From Bilabrum cf. latius (lineage: Eukaryota), in NCBI GenBank assembly GCA_965178125.1, contig OZ237741.1, forward strand, positions 1 to 64,000: DNA of 64,000 nt, in the 5' to 3' direction. Position numbers and translations under genes: made by a program. The notes beneath the pieces were generated by a model, which was not told where the DNA came from, did no database searches, and saw only the letters and a list, made by a program, of their open reading frames with translations. Shown here in pieces: positions 12,567 to 24,100 of this stretch. Numbering within the stretch: position 1 is the stretch's first letter; every line of letters begins with the position of its first letter.

Positions 12567-13720
12567 TCACCCAATGTAGCTTGCCTCGAGGTCATCGAAC
12601 GATGGCGCTCCGCCAGGCGGTGCCTGCTTGGCCCCGTGGCCGCCAGACCCTCGCGCCTGCGACGCGCGCGACTGGGAGGCAAAGTAGGTCATCGAGTCGA
12701 TTCCCACGGGACGAGGGGGGAACTGCCCGCCCTGGGCAGCCCCGGCCGGAACAGATGAGCTGCGGGCACCCGCCCGCCCAGGCGCCGGTGACGCGCCACC
12801 GCCGGCCTGGCCTGAGGCGGCGGGAGCCACCGGGGCGAACGCGTCGGGGGCCGCGAACGGATCCACGTCCGCTTCGTCTGCTCCTCCGTTGGACGCCGCG
12901 CCTCCCACGTCGCTCTGCGCCCCCGCGCCGCCGCCCTGCGACTGGGAGGGCGTCGACGCGCCGCCGTCGGTGCCGTCCAGCATGCCGCGCAGGTGCGCCT
13001 CCATCTCGGCGTCGTCGTCGTCCTCGCCGCCCTCGTCCCCATCAGCTGCACCTCCCAGCAAATCATCGTCGGCATCCTCTACGACAGCCTGCGGTGCGGG
13101 CTCTGCCACGGCCGCCGACCTGCTCGGCCGCGCGCCGCTGGAGGGTCGCGGGGCCGCGGCCGATTGGGAGGCAGGGGCCCCGGAGGGGCCCCTGCCAGGA
13201 GATGCTGGCGGTGCGTCAAACGACAGTCTTGATACTTTAGCGACAATCGCCTTCCTATACACGGGCACGGGCGCTTGCATGTCATCTACGTCAACCCAGA
13301 CTGCGATGCAAGGATAAAGTTGCGCCAACGGCTTGATGCTTGGGAGGTCCTGCTAGACATGGATATTCGACTCCATTCTTCAGTAAGTTCTCGTGTATTG
13401 AGACAATGGTGCACCAAGAATAACGCTCCCCTTCGCCACAGACCTTGGCCCGTGCGAGGCCCTTCCACGCGTGACCTAAGGTCCTAATATCGAAGCGAAG
13501 GCTACCTGGCGCATTGCTCACCATATGTCTGGCCGTACTGGGCTTTGAAGCGGAAAAAATACGTCCCGGGAAGGGGGAAGTGCTTCACAACATGATGTAA
13601 TCGCAGGGCGCCCGAAGCTGGAACCGCAAACACATTCGGGTGCGCCTCTGAATCTCCATCCTCCGGAACAAAGTATCGGATGTACGTTCTAGCAGATTTA
13701 GAGCGCTGTGCCTGCGACAT
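12567..13720 (-). CDS. DIX-like domain protein with low-complexity tail; intron 13301-13521
   Basis: IRYFVPEDGD..HPNVF..LRLHHVVKHFPLPGTYFFRFK..VWVDV..PVPVY..IVAKV; the GTGAGC..GCAG intron keeps frame; ends TGA. Confidence 0.75.
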
Positions 13721-13825
13721 GTAATGCCCTCGGGGGTGGTAATGATGCCTGAACTGGCCTTCCGTGCGGCTGCCAATAAAAAATAAAAATGACGATTGCC
13801 AAAAAAGAAAAAAGAAAAGGAAGCT

Positions 13826-13862
13826 CACCCCCTGCGGGTCTCGATCCCGCGGCCTGACGATT
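13826..13862 (-). pseudogene. 3' half (positions ~37-73) of a disrupted tRNA-Lys(CTT) gene, with Pol III terminator
   Basis: Minus strand reads AATCGTCAGGCCGCGGGATCGAGACCCGCAGGGGGTG followed by T-runs (13801-13818). It matches the intact tRNA at 14531-14603 except in the anticodon stem. Confidence 0.9.
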
Positions 13863-14023
13863 GTGGACGAGGAACACATGGCTCTCTCCACTGTCTACAG
13901 CTAAGCTGACGATTGTGTAGAAAGACCCTCCCACTGTCACGAGCAGGCTCGGTTGCACGACGCAAGCGGCTCACATGCCCGCCCAGCCAGCACCCTCAAG
14001 AGTGGCTGTGGCCCACTGGCAGT

Positions 14024-14400
14024 GGCATAGAGGCATAGAGGCATAGAGGCATAGAGGCATAGAGGCATAGAGGCATAGAGGCATAGAGGCATAGAGGCAT
14101 AGAGGCATAGAGGCATAGAGGCATAGAGGCATAGAGGCATAGAGGCATAGAGGCATAGAGGCATAGAGGCATAGAGGCATAGAGGCATAGAGGCATAGAG
14201 GCATAGAGGCATAGAGGCATAGAGGCATAGAGGCATAGAGGCATAGAGGCATAGAGGCATAGAGGCATAGTGGCATAGTGGCAGTGGCAGTGGCGGTCGG
14301 TGGCAGTGGCAGTGGCAGTGGCAGTGGGTGGCAGTGGCAGTCACAAACCAGATGGCAGTGGCAGTGGCAGTGGCAGTGGGTGGCAGTGGCAGTGGCAGTC
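14024..14400. repeat. (GGCATAGA)n, ~31 copies, followed by degenerate (GTGGCA)n
   Basis: Directly visible. Confidence 0.97.
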
Positions 14401-14530
14401 ACAAACCAGAAACAAACGCGGCTGCACGCCTCATCTACCAGCTGCATGTTTACGTGGTTGGCCGCGATCGAGCCGATCTGCCGGCCCTTTTTCGGTAAAA
14501 TGCAACAGCGAAATCGGAGCAAAAACGATT

Positions 14531-14603
14531 CACCCCCTGCGGGTCTCGATCCCGCGGCCTAGCGATTAAGAGTCGCTCGCTCTACCGACTGAGCTAAGAG
14601 GGC
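14531..14603 (-). tRNA. tRNA-Lys(CTT), intact, 73 nt
   Basis: GCCCTCT TA GCTC AGTCGGTA GAGC G AGCGA CT CTT AA TCGCT AGGCC GCGGG ATCGAGA CCCGC AGGGGGT G folds as a cloverleaf; TTTTT lies 5 nt downstream. The T-loop has A54. Confidence 0.92.
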
Positions 14604-15519
14604 TTGTGCTTCACCGGATAATTCATAATATCTAGTAATAAAGTCTGTTCAAGTTTGTATGAATCATGAGCTTTCTCGAAGGAGTAGTATCATTTCTGTC
14701 TGTATGCGGACCAAGCACTTGATTAATCTCGACTTTTACCTGATTACACGATGAAATACTCTTCATTATGTTATGTTGCTTGCTGGTGGATTGCATGTAA
14801 TTCGGCGACAGCTGGTGCTTGAAAGTGAGAAGTAGCTGGTTCGATCAGCAACATGCGCGATACGTCGCAGTGCCATCATAGTAGACGGAGTCAGCTTAGG
14901 ATTTGGGTTAGGGTTAATCGGTCTCTAGTGCGCTATATTGCCTTCTATGACCACTACATTGCTGTGGCCTGTGCAGGAAGTGGCAGTTTCAAGACGATCC
15001 ATCGCGACGCGATCTTGTGTGCCCAGAGTCCCGGACGGCGCGCAGTTTGATTCATCTGCATGTGTCAATGCTACGGTAGCTTGGATACGGGCTCAGATGA
15101 AGCTGCCACCATCGGAGCGAAGCGTGCACATTGATGTGTATTGGCCTATGCTCCATACGTCAACGTCACCGATTACCCTGCTGCCGCACAGTCCCGGGCA
15201 GCAGCGGACGGGACAGTCTCACGTTAGCTGCTGTTTACTTTGAGGCTTTACTACTGCACATTCTGAGATTTCCAACGTGTCAACCTCGTTCCACGGTCAA
15301 GGTTGCTTCCGTTCTCCTGTGAGCCAGACACCAGCTTTATTGGCAATTAGAAAGGAATTCTTACAGTGGAAGATGGCCACTCTATACTTGCTGACACCGC
15401 TTGCACATCACAGAGCTCGGTTCAGTGCGGTAGTGCGTATCGATTGACAATTGGGCAGATTGCTGCAGGGCGACTGTACATGTAGTCCAGTGTTGCAGTG
15501 TTGCAGTGTTGCAGTGCCT

Positions 15520-15808
15520 GTGGTCCGGGAGGGGCAGTGCTGCAGGGGGCAAGTGGTCCGGGAGGGGCAGTGCTGCAGGGGGCAAGTGGTCCGGGAGGGG
15601 CAGTGCTGCAGGGGGCAAGTGGTCCGGGAGGGGCAGTGCTGCAGGGGGCAAGTGGTCCGGGAGGGGCAGTGCTGCAGGGGGCAAGTGGTCCGGGAGGGGC
15701 AGTGCTGCAGGGGGCAAGTGGTCCGGGAGGGGCAGTGCTGCAGGGGGCAAGTGGTCCGGGAGGGGCAGTGCTGCAGGGGGCAAGTGGTCCGGGAGGGGCA
15801 GTGCTGTA
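15520..15808. repeat. 33-bp minisatellite (~9 units), preceded by one solitary copy of the 103-bp repeat (15424-15520)
   Basis: GTGGTCCGGGAGGGGCAGTGCTGCAGGGGGCAA tandem array. Confidence 0.95.
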
Positions 15809-16348
15809 GTGCATGTTGATCGATGTACTTGGACATCAAGATCAAAGCGACGGGGAGCAGAGGTGAGCCGGAAGACGAGGCGGGCGCAGGAGGACAGGAG
15901 ATGGAGAGGAACAAGAGGGGGACACCGGCACAGGTGACGATAGTGCGGTGTCAATGGTTTAGAACACAACTGGACGGAGAGGGTTCCAGGTGCCAGGTAC
16001 ATGGGAGACGCGAGTTGCAGCGGGCTGCATGGCCAGCCGCGCACAGAAGGCCAACAGGTGGGTGGATGGACGGTGCGCATGGCAGGTCGGCCAGGACCTG
16101 TTCGTGCAAGCTGAGAAGATAGGGTCAAGGTGGCGATGCAGGGAGCAGCGCGCACGTACCCTAGGGCGGGGAGCGGGGACGGAAAGCCATGCAGCAACGA
16201 GGCCAGTCGACTTGCATTCGGAAAGTGGTGTGTACATTCGTCGTATCCAAGCTTAACCACATTCGGGTGGGCTGCTGAGCAACCAGTCGGTCGGAGTCCG
16301 CGGGACCTGGGACAGGAATTTTTTATTTGAATTGGGGCCAGTGTGGTT

Positions 16349-18065
16349 GTGGTCCAGGGCGGGAGTGCGGTAGTGCATATCGATTGACGATTGGGCAGAT
16401 TGCTGCAGGGCGACTGTACATGTAGTCCAGTGTTGCAGTGTTGCAGTGCCTGTGGTCCAGGGCGGGAGTGAGGTAGTGCATATCGATTGACGATTGGGCA
16501 GATTGCTGCAGGGCGACTGTACATGTAGTCCAGTGTTGCAGTGTTGCAGTGTTGCAGCGTTGCAGTGTTGCAGTGCCTGTGGTCCAGGGCGGGAGTGAGG
16601 TAGTGCATATCGATTGACGATTGGGCAGATTGCTGCAGGGCGACTGTACATGTAGTCCAGTGTTGCAGTGTTGCAGTGTTGCAGTGCCTGTGGTCCAGGG
16701 CGGGAGTGAGGTAGTGCATATCGATTGACGATTGGGCAGATTGCTGCAGGGCGACTGTACACGTAGTCCAGTGTTGCAGTGTTGCAGTGCCTGTGGTCCA
16801 GGGCGGGAGTGAGGTAGTGCATATCGATTGACGATTGGGCAGATTGCTGCAGGGCGACTGTACATGTAGTCCAGTGTTGCAGTGTTGCAGTGCCTGTGGT
16901 CCAGGGCGGGAGTGAGGTAGTGCATATCGATTGACGATTGGGCAGATTGCTGCAGGGCGACTGTACATGTAGTCCAGTGTTGCAGTGTTGCAGTGTTGCA
17001 GTGCCTGTGGTCCAGGGCGGGAGTGAGGTAGTGCATATCGATTGACGATTGGGCAGATTGCTGCAGGGCGACTGTACATGTAGTCCAGTGTTGCAGTGTT
17101 GCAGTGCCTGTGGTCCAGGGCGGGAGTGAGGTAGTGCATATCGATTGACGATTGGGCAGATTGCTGCAGGGCGACTGTACATGTAGTCCAGTGTTGCAGT
17201 GTTGCAGTGTTGCAGTGCCTGTGGTCCAGGGCGGGAGTGAGGTAGTGCATATCGATTGACGATTGGGCAGATTGCTGCAGGGCGACTGTACACGTAGTCC
17301 AGTGTTGCAGTGTTGCAGTGCCTGTGGTCCAGGGCGGGAGTGAGGTAGTGCATATCGATTGACGATTGGGCAGATTGCTGCAGGGCGACTGTACATGTAG
17401 TCCAGTGTTGCAGTGTTGCAGTGTTGCAGTGCCTGTGGTCCAGGGCGGGAGTGAGGTAGTGCATATCGATTGACGATTGGGCAGATTGCTGCAGGGCGAC
17501 TGTACACGTAGTCCAGTGTTGCAGTGTTGCAGTGCCTGTGGTCCAGGGCGGGAGTGAGGTAGTGCATATCGATTGACGATTGGGCAGATTGCTGCAGGGC
17601 GACTGTACATGAAGTCCAGTGTTGCAGTGTTGCAGTGCCTGTGGTCCAGGGCGGGAGTGAGGTAGTGCATATCGATTGACGATTGGGCAGATTGCTGCAG
17701 GGCGACTGTACATGTAGTCCAGTGTTGCAGTGTTGCAGTGTTGCAGCGTTGCAGTGCCTGTGGTCCAGGGCGGGAGTGAGGTAGTGCATATCGATTGACG
17801 ATTGGGCAGATTGCTGCAGGGCGACTGTACATGTAGTCCAGTGTTGCAGTGTTGCAGTGCCTGTGGTCCAGGGCGGGAGTGAGGTAGTGCATATCGATTG
17901 ACGATTGGGCAGATTGCTGCAGGGCGACTGTACACGTAGTCCAGTGTTGCAGTGTTGCAGTGCCTGTGGTCCAGGGCGGGAGTGAGGTATTGCATATCGA
18001 TTGACGATTGGGCAGATTGCTGCAGGGCGACTGTACATGTAGTCCAGTGTTGCAGTGTTGCAGTG
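16349..18065. repeat. 103-127 bp tandem repeat (~16 units) with a variable number of internal GTGTTGCA 8-mers
   Basis: Constant ~87-bp body plus 2-5 copies of the 8-mer per unit. Confidence 0.96.
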
Positions 18066-18120
18066 GAGAGCGGTAGCAATTTATATTGTATGGGTACACA
18101 GGCAATCAGGTTGTCTAAGA

Positions 18121-21100
18121 TTAATGCCACAACTCGCGGGGTGGCGAGGCTGCGGTGGTCGCTGGGCCAGCAGCAGTTCTGTGGACATTTCTTGCGCAAG
18201 TACTTTGGCCCTCAGGCGTCCGGCGCTGCTGCAACCCGAGAAATGCGGTCATTCGCATCTGACCAGGACGTCCAGCAGCAATCTACGTCTTTGACTTGCG
18301 GCTTGTCTTTGTTTGGTTGGGGGGCGGGACTGCAGGTGTATCGTGCGTCCCCATGTTGCTTCTGCTTCGTGGAACTGTATCGGCCGATCCGCCAACTCGC
18401 CTACGCTTTGCTGGGGGCTACTCCCTGTCACGACGTGGAGGTTGGAAGCCTTCTCTTGACTGTCCAGTCCCCTTAGTAGGAGCTTGCATGTTTGATCGAT
18501 GTTTGTCGGATTCTTGGCGATGCATGGACGACGCCGCTGGTCCGCCACCACCGCTAGTCTGAAGCATGTCGCCACCCCTGGCCATTTGCGCGGCCATCTG
18601 CGCTGGAGTAGCCCGAGCCATGCCGAGCGCGGTGCCACCCTGGGCTTGCTGCTGGGGGGCAGTGCGTCCGGTCACCCCACCCAGTATCTGCAGGGCACTG
18701 CGACGTTTGCGGCTCTTCCCGGCTGAGCTCGCGGAACCTTTGCTCGACAGGTTGCTGCTCGCAGACGCAGGTCCGCTGGCGTACTGCAGTTGGCGGGCGT
18801 GGGGCAAGCAGGCACCCCTTTGCTGGTCGTCGGACTCTTGGCGATGCATGGACGACGCCGCTGGTCCGCCACCACCGCTAGTCTGAAGCATGTCGCCACC
18901 CCTGGCCATTTGCGCGGCCATCTGCGCTGGAGTAGCCCGAGCCATGCCGAGCGCGGTGCCGCCCTGGGCTTGCTGCTGGGGGGCAGTGCGTCCGGTCACC
19001 CCACCCAGTATCTGCAGGGCACTGCGACGTTTGCGGCTCTTCCCGGCTGAGCTCGCGGAACCGTCAGGGGGCTCATTACCGGAATCTCGGGCGAGCAGGC
19101 AGCATAAACGGACTGCCCTTTACCGGCTCTTCATTACTCCTGGCATCATTAAAACATGCTATAATTAATCGTAGCTGAATATTAATGAGCTTGATCTCAT
19201 TTAATGGGTGTTAATATTCGTTTGACTTTGTAAATTTACGGTAAGGCGAGGCTAACTTTTGGTGCTGCTTCGTAGCCAAGCGTCGGTCACCTTCAACGTG
19301 TCAATTGAGCTCATTTCGATAATTCAAGCAGCTTTATGGGTAAATATACATAGATTCTGGCTTGTCGTGGTATCCGTCAACCCATTGATATTCCATAAGT
19401 ACCGTATTTCCTGAGCAGGCAAGGCTGGACAAGAGTTGCAAAACCTCGCTATAGCAAGGCACATGTCCTGGGCGAATTGAACCTTATGGTATCAATTTTC
19501 ATTAAGTACTTATTAGTCTTGCGGGGTATGAGCATGTGCAGCATACTTTTTCTGGCACTGGCACCCTGGTAAGCTATCGACCAGTGGTTCGCTTGTTGCG
19601 TCAGCCTCCGGGCTTATTTGAAGCATAACGGCTGAAGCAAAGCCTGCAACACATATAATACTCATATTGGCGTAAGCATGCAGTGAGTGCGGTCAGGAGA
19701 TGTCAAGCAAGGTTGCCACGGACTTGGCGGAGGGTTGAGCAGTTGTGGAAGGGAATTGGAGCATGGCAAGCCCCACGACCCACAGCCCTGTGTATGCCCC
19801 GGTAGCGTAACCACAATCTCTTTGACATATTTACTGCCATTTGAGCATGACTGTCTTTGCGGCTTTGGTGTATGAGGCTGCACGGCAGGGGCTCGGCAAC
19901 TGCGGGCTCAGGCAGCTACTGCTCATGACACCACCACTGTTCAGACCAAAAGGCAAGGCTATGGATCGCGTGGCTAGCAGAGGAACGCTGATGACATTTT
20001 ATGGTGTTAAGTGTTGAGAGCACCGGTCCAAATCTCAGTATAGCATAGGAGGCCCAACCACACGGAAGAGCTGTGACACGTCGCGGGGGGCACCTTGGGG
20101 GGCAGGTCCATGCATCAGATATAGTACGGTTCTGATAGTCCCGCCTTACCAGATGGTTGAAGCCATAGTATTGCTGAATTAGAGGGGTTGTCGTCTGTTG
20201 ATCGTCCCATGAAATGGTCGTGCAACCCTGAGAAGGAGGCGGACGTGCCAAGCCTGCTAGCAACTGCGCGGGGGGCTGCAAGCTCTCAATTAGCAATAAA
20301 CAGGCTAAAGTAGCTACTTGCAGTCTTAAATAGTAACAGATGATGTCTGTGGGGCCTGCTAGGTGTTGTAAGTTAATATGGGCCGTTGTGGCAGCTGGGA
20401 CGCAGCTGTATTCAGCCTGGGGTCGAGGCAAACTAGGGCCCTCATGTAGAGTCGGAGGAAACTAGAACATGCACTGTGCAACCGCAGCAGTTCAACAAGG
20501 TCCTTTGCATTAGATTACTGCTACGGAAATTCATCTTAGGTCTCATGTAAAGGATGTATGCACACTATCTTTGGACAGTGCAAGTTGCTTGCCAGTCACG
20601 CTGCATCAGACGAATAACTGGATCCACATGCCCATAAAGCTCATCGTTAATACTTCATATATAAATATCACAAAATTGAGAGTATTAACCAGCAGGTATG
20701 CCGAACACGCATTGCAGGCAGAAAAAACTACAACCAGACCATGCAGCCCTCTGGCAGAAACCGGGAGGCACCAGGCTCGTGGTTGCGAGCAGCAAGCACG
20801 TGTGGATCTACAATGCTCTTTTGTACGGATAACATACTGTAGCCGCCTGATGAGGCCAATGGGTGCACAGGAAATAGGATGCAGGTGCCTCGAAAATTGC
20901 TCACAGCGGCCCGCCCACGCTCTTCACCAAACCCAGGCATCAATAACTGCAATTCGTGCAATTTCAGACCGCCATTAGTATAATTATAAATAGATTTAGT
21001 GTGAGAGAGAAGATCATGCCGATTCATCGAGGAATGAAAGCATGAACGCTATCTGAAATATATCCTCCTATGCGACCTGCCGGGGCGAATTTCGTGAATC

Positions 21101-24100
21101 CCGTGCTCGGTGGCCGACAGCTTGAACTGCACCCCCTGTATCTTCGTCAATAAGTACGTTGCAGACTTGAAATTTGCACAAAATACTATTAATGAAGTAA
21201 ATATCATATTACATTAGTTATTATTCTCTTTAATGGTTTTCAATGGTTGGAACACGGCCCCTGAAAATAGGCCCAATCGGCGATTTTTATTCCGGTAATG
21301 AGCCCCCTGACGGAACCTTTGCTCGACAGGTTGCTGCTCGCAGACGCAGGTCCGCTGGCGTACTGCAGTTGGCGGGCGTGGGGCAAGCAGGCACCCCTTT
21401 GCTGGTCGTCGGACTCTTGGCGATGCATGGACGACGCCGCTGGTCCGCCACCACCGCTAGTCTGAAGCATGTCGCCACCCCTGGCCATTTGCGCGGCCAT
21501 CTGCGCTGGAGTAGCCCGAGCCATGCCGAGCGCGGTGCCGCCCTGGGCTTGCTGCTGGGGGGCAGTGCGTCTGGTCATCATCTGCATGATGTCCGGATGC
21601 CTGCGGCTCTTCCCGGCTGAGCTCGCGGAACCTTTGCTCGACAGGTTGCTGCTCGCAGTCGCAGGTCCGCTGGCGCTCTGCAGAGTCTCCTTGAGTGAGT
21701 CAGGTAGGTGAAGCTCGGGATTCAAACTTGTCGCATACGCTGAAATTTTCAGCGCCCGCCCAGCCGGGAGTGCAAAAACAGCTCTGTACTCGTCTAGTTT
21801 AGCAGCTGCGTTTGAAGCCGCAACATGTGTAGCTGAAGCCTCCGGCATGCACAAAGAAAGCCGCATGAGCACGCATGTCCCGCCTGCGAAACCGGTCCCC
21901 GCTACGAGTGCATGCAGTGCAAGGGCGTTAGCTGCCCCCTACGCCCTGAGGTTCACTCCATCGTGAATATCACGCGCATTATTGGGTCCAGCCAGGCTAA
22001 CCTTGCCATGCTTGGTAAGGCGGCCGATGCTCGCGATCTGCGGCTTCCCAGTTTGCATGGGCGACGCTGATGCCGAAGATCGTGCCGCCACTGCCGTCGC
22101 CGCCGAAGATGATGAGTCGCGCTCGCTGGAAGGTAGTGATGTAACGCGCAGGTCAATAACCTGCACCTATACGGTCTATTGCAGCGCCGCGCGGGGTACA
22201 GCGGGTCGTTCGAGGCAGAGCTGGTCCGGGATGTCCTCGACGTTGGTTGACACGCTGACAGAAGACGAGGAGGCAGCGGTCTGTGGCTGCGATGCATCTG
22301 AGCTTGCAGCCGATGAGGCAGCGGTCTGTGGCTGCGATGCATCGGAGCTTGCAGCCGATGGGGCAACGGTCTGTGGCTGCGATGCATCGGAGCTTGCAGC
22401 CGATGAGGCAACGGTCTGTGGCTGCGATGCATCGGAGCTTGCAGCCGATGACGCAGCATTGGCCGCATCAGGCTGCATTGGTGCCTTAACAATACCTGCG
22501 ATCTGCTTGATCGTCATGCGGATGATATTGCCTGCTCGATCCTTACTCTTTGCGTCGACCTCTTGGAAGACTGCGTTGGCCAGGACAAGCCTGGAGTTGA
22601 AGAACTTGTCAGTGGTAACCGTCTGAGCGCTTCTAGGATGCAATACCTCCTACGTGTGTCCGTGGAGCTGCCGTAGCGCATCGGTAGCTCGATCGCGGGG
22701 GTAGTCCTTACTTGCAACCTCCGCAACAGTCTTTGGCAGCGTGGCACAAGCCCAAGTACCTGCACAAATGTGTTGGAACTGGGATGTCATGTCAAAGCCT
22801 GCGATCACCTTGCGAACAGTGTTCTGGGGGGACTTCTTAATGCTGTCCCTCAGCCAACTGACAGTGTTGTTGCCCGACTTGCCATTGGTGATAATGGCGT
22901 GGAGGTTGCGCACTGCCTCGTAGGCCGGCTGAGTCCAGGCATCCCCAGCCATGCATTTCGAGAGGATTGCAGCTTCCTCGACGCTGAGCACATCTTCATC
23001 AGCCAAACTGTGATTTAGACTGGCCTGGAAGTGCAATGCGATGCGCTGTGATACCGAAGGTGGCTTGGCCCCCGTCCCTCTCGCCCGTATCAGCTTGCTG
23101 ACCAGAGTCAAGAGAATAGCGACGCGCTCGACGATCTCATGCGCATCTGCGCCCCTGCTACTCGAGGCTGTGGCGGCACCAGGGTTAGAAGTGGCAAGCG
23201 CTGGCCGGACTGCCGTGCTTCGCTTCTTCAGCTGCATCGCAGCCTGCAGGTCTTCCCCGATTTTTCGTTGCAGGGCGGGTCGCGATGTCAGCATCTGAAC
23301 CTACGCCTCCCCAGCCTACGATTGGTGAAGCAAGCAGTGGGACAGGGCGGCTCGACCGGTACTATGGGAGTAGTGCCCATCTGTGCTGGCGCGCACCATA
23401 CTGAGCACCATGTGTCTCCCGCCTTCCTCCCACGCTGTTGGTTCTGGGTATCCGGGGCTCCAGCTCTTGCCCCCCATACCAACAAGAGGTCCGCTCGAGA
23501 GGAAAGCTTGGCTAATGGCGTCTCTGGCTGACTCTTGGTATAGGCATTGCATGGCATCCGTGTGATCGGAGCGGGCAATGATGACGCCGAGAGCCTCATT
23601 GCCAATGCGCGTCGCGAGCAGGGCACGGCCAATCCGGCTCGATGAGTCCACGCTGCACAAGGACGTACCCCGGGCTCCGACCCTGAAGGAGTTCATTGGA
23701 AGGGCATCACTCGTCTCATGATCATCAGTGTCGTCGTTTGGCGTTGCCTCGCCGATACTGTTCACCGCTTGTGTGAAGCCTTTGATTGGGTCGACCATAC
23801 CCTCAGGGTCCCAGAAGATTCGAGCACCAGCGAAGCACATACCAGCTTTGTCTTGACACGCACCAATCGCTCGAATAAGAGCAGAGCCAGCCTGAACGCA
23901 TCGGTTCCACGATGAATCAAGTGCTACGTGTGGTTCAACGGCATTTCTGCTTTCTACCGTTTGCTTGCCTCGCGCAGCGTTTGACGACCGGACTCCGCTC
24001 AGCATTGCATGTGCATCGCACAAGCAGCTCTCAAGCAGCTCACGGAACAGATGATGGCACGGACTGGCATGAGTTCCAGTGCGCCCAGCTCGGTTGACAA

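Noticed and set aside
14896-14918. Short degenerate TTAGGG-like run inside the island
   Set aside because: Only about three imperfect units; it could be chance.
16349-18065. CRISPR-like array or long ORFs of 571-907 aa
   Set aside because: No unique spacers and no cas genes; the ORFs are open only because the repeat lacks stops and cycles through frames.
19916-21027. ORFs inside the TIR element as a transposase
   Set aside because: Short, with no DDE or zinc-finger pattern recognised; the one I extended across TAG (20728-21027) hits TGA soon after.
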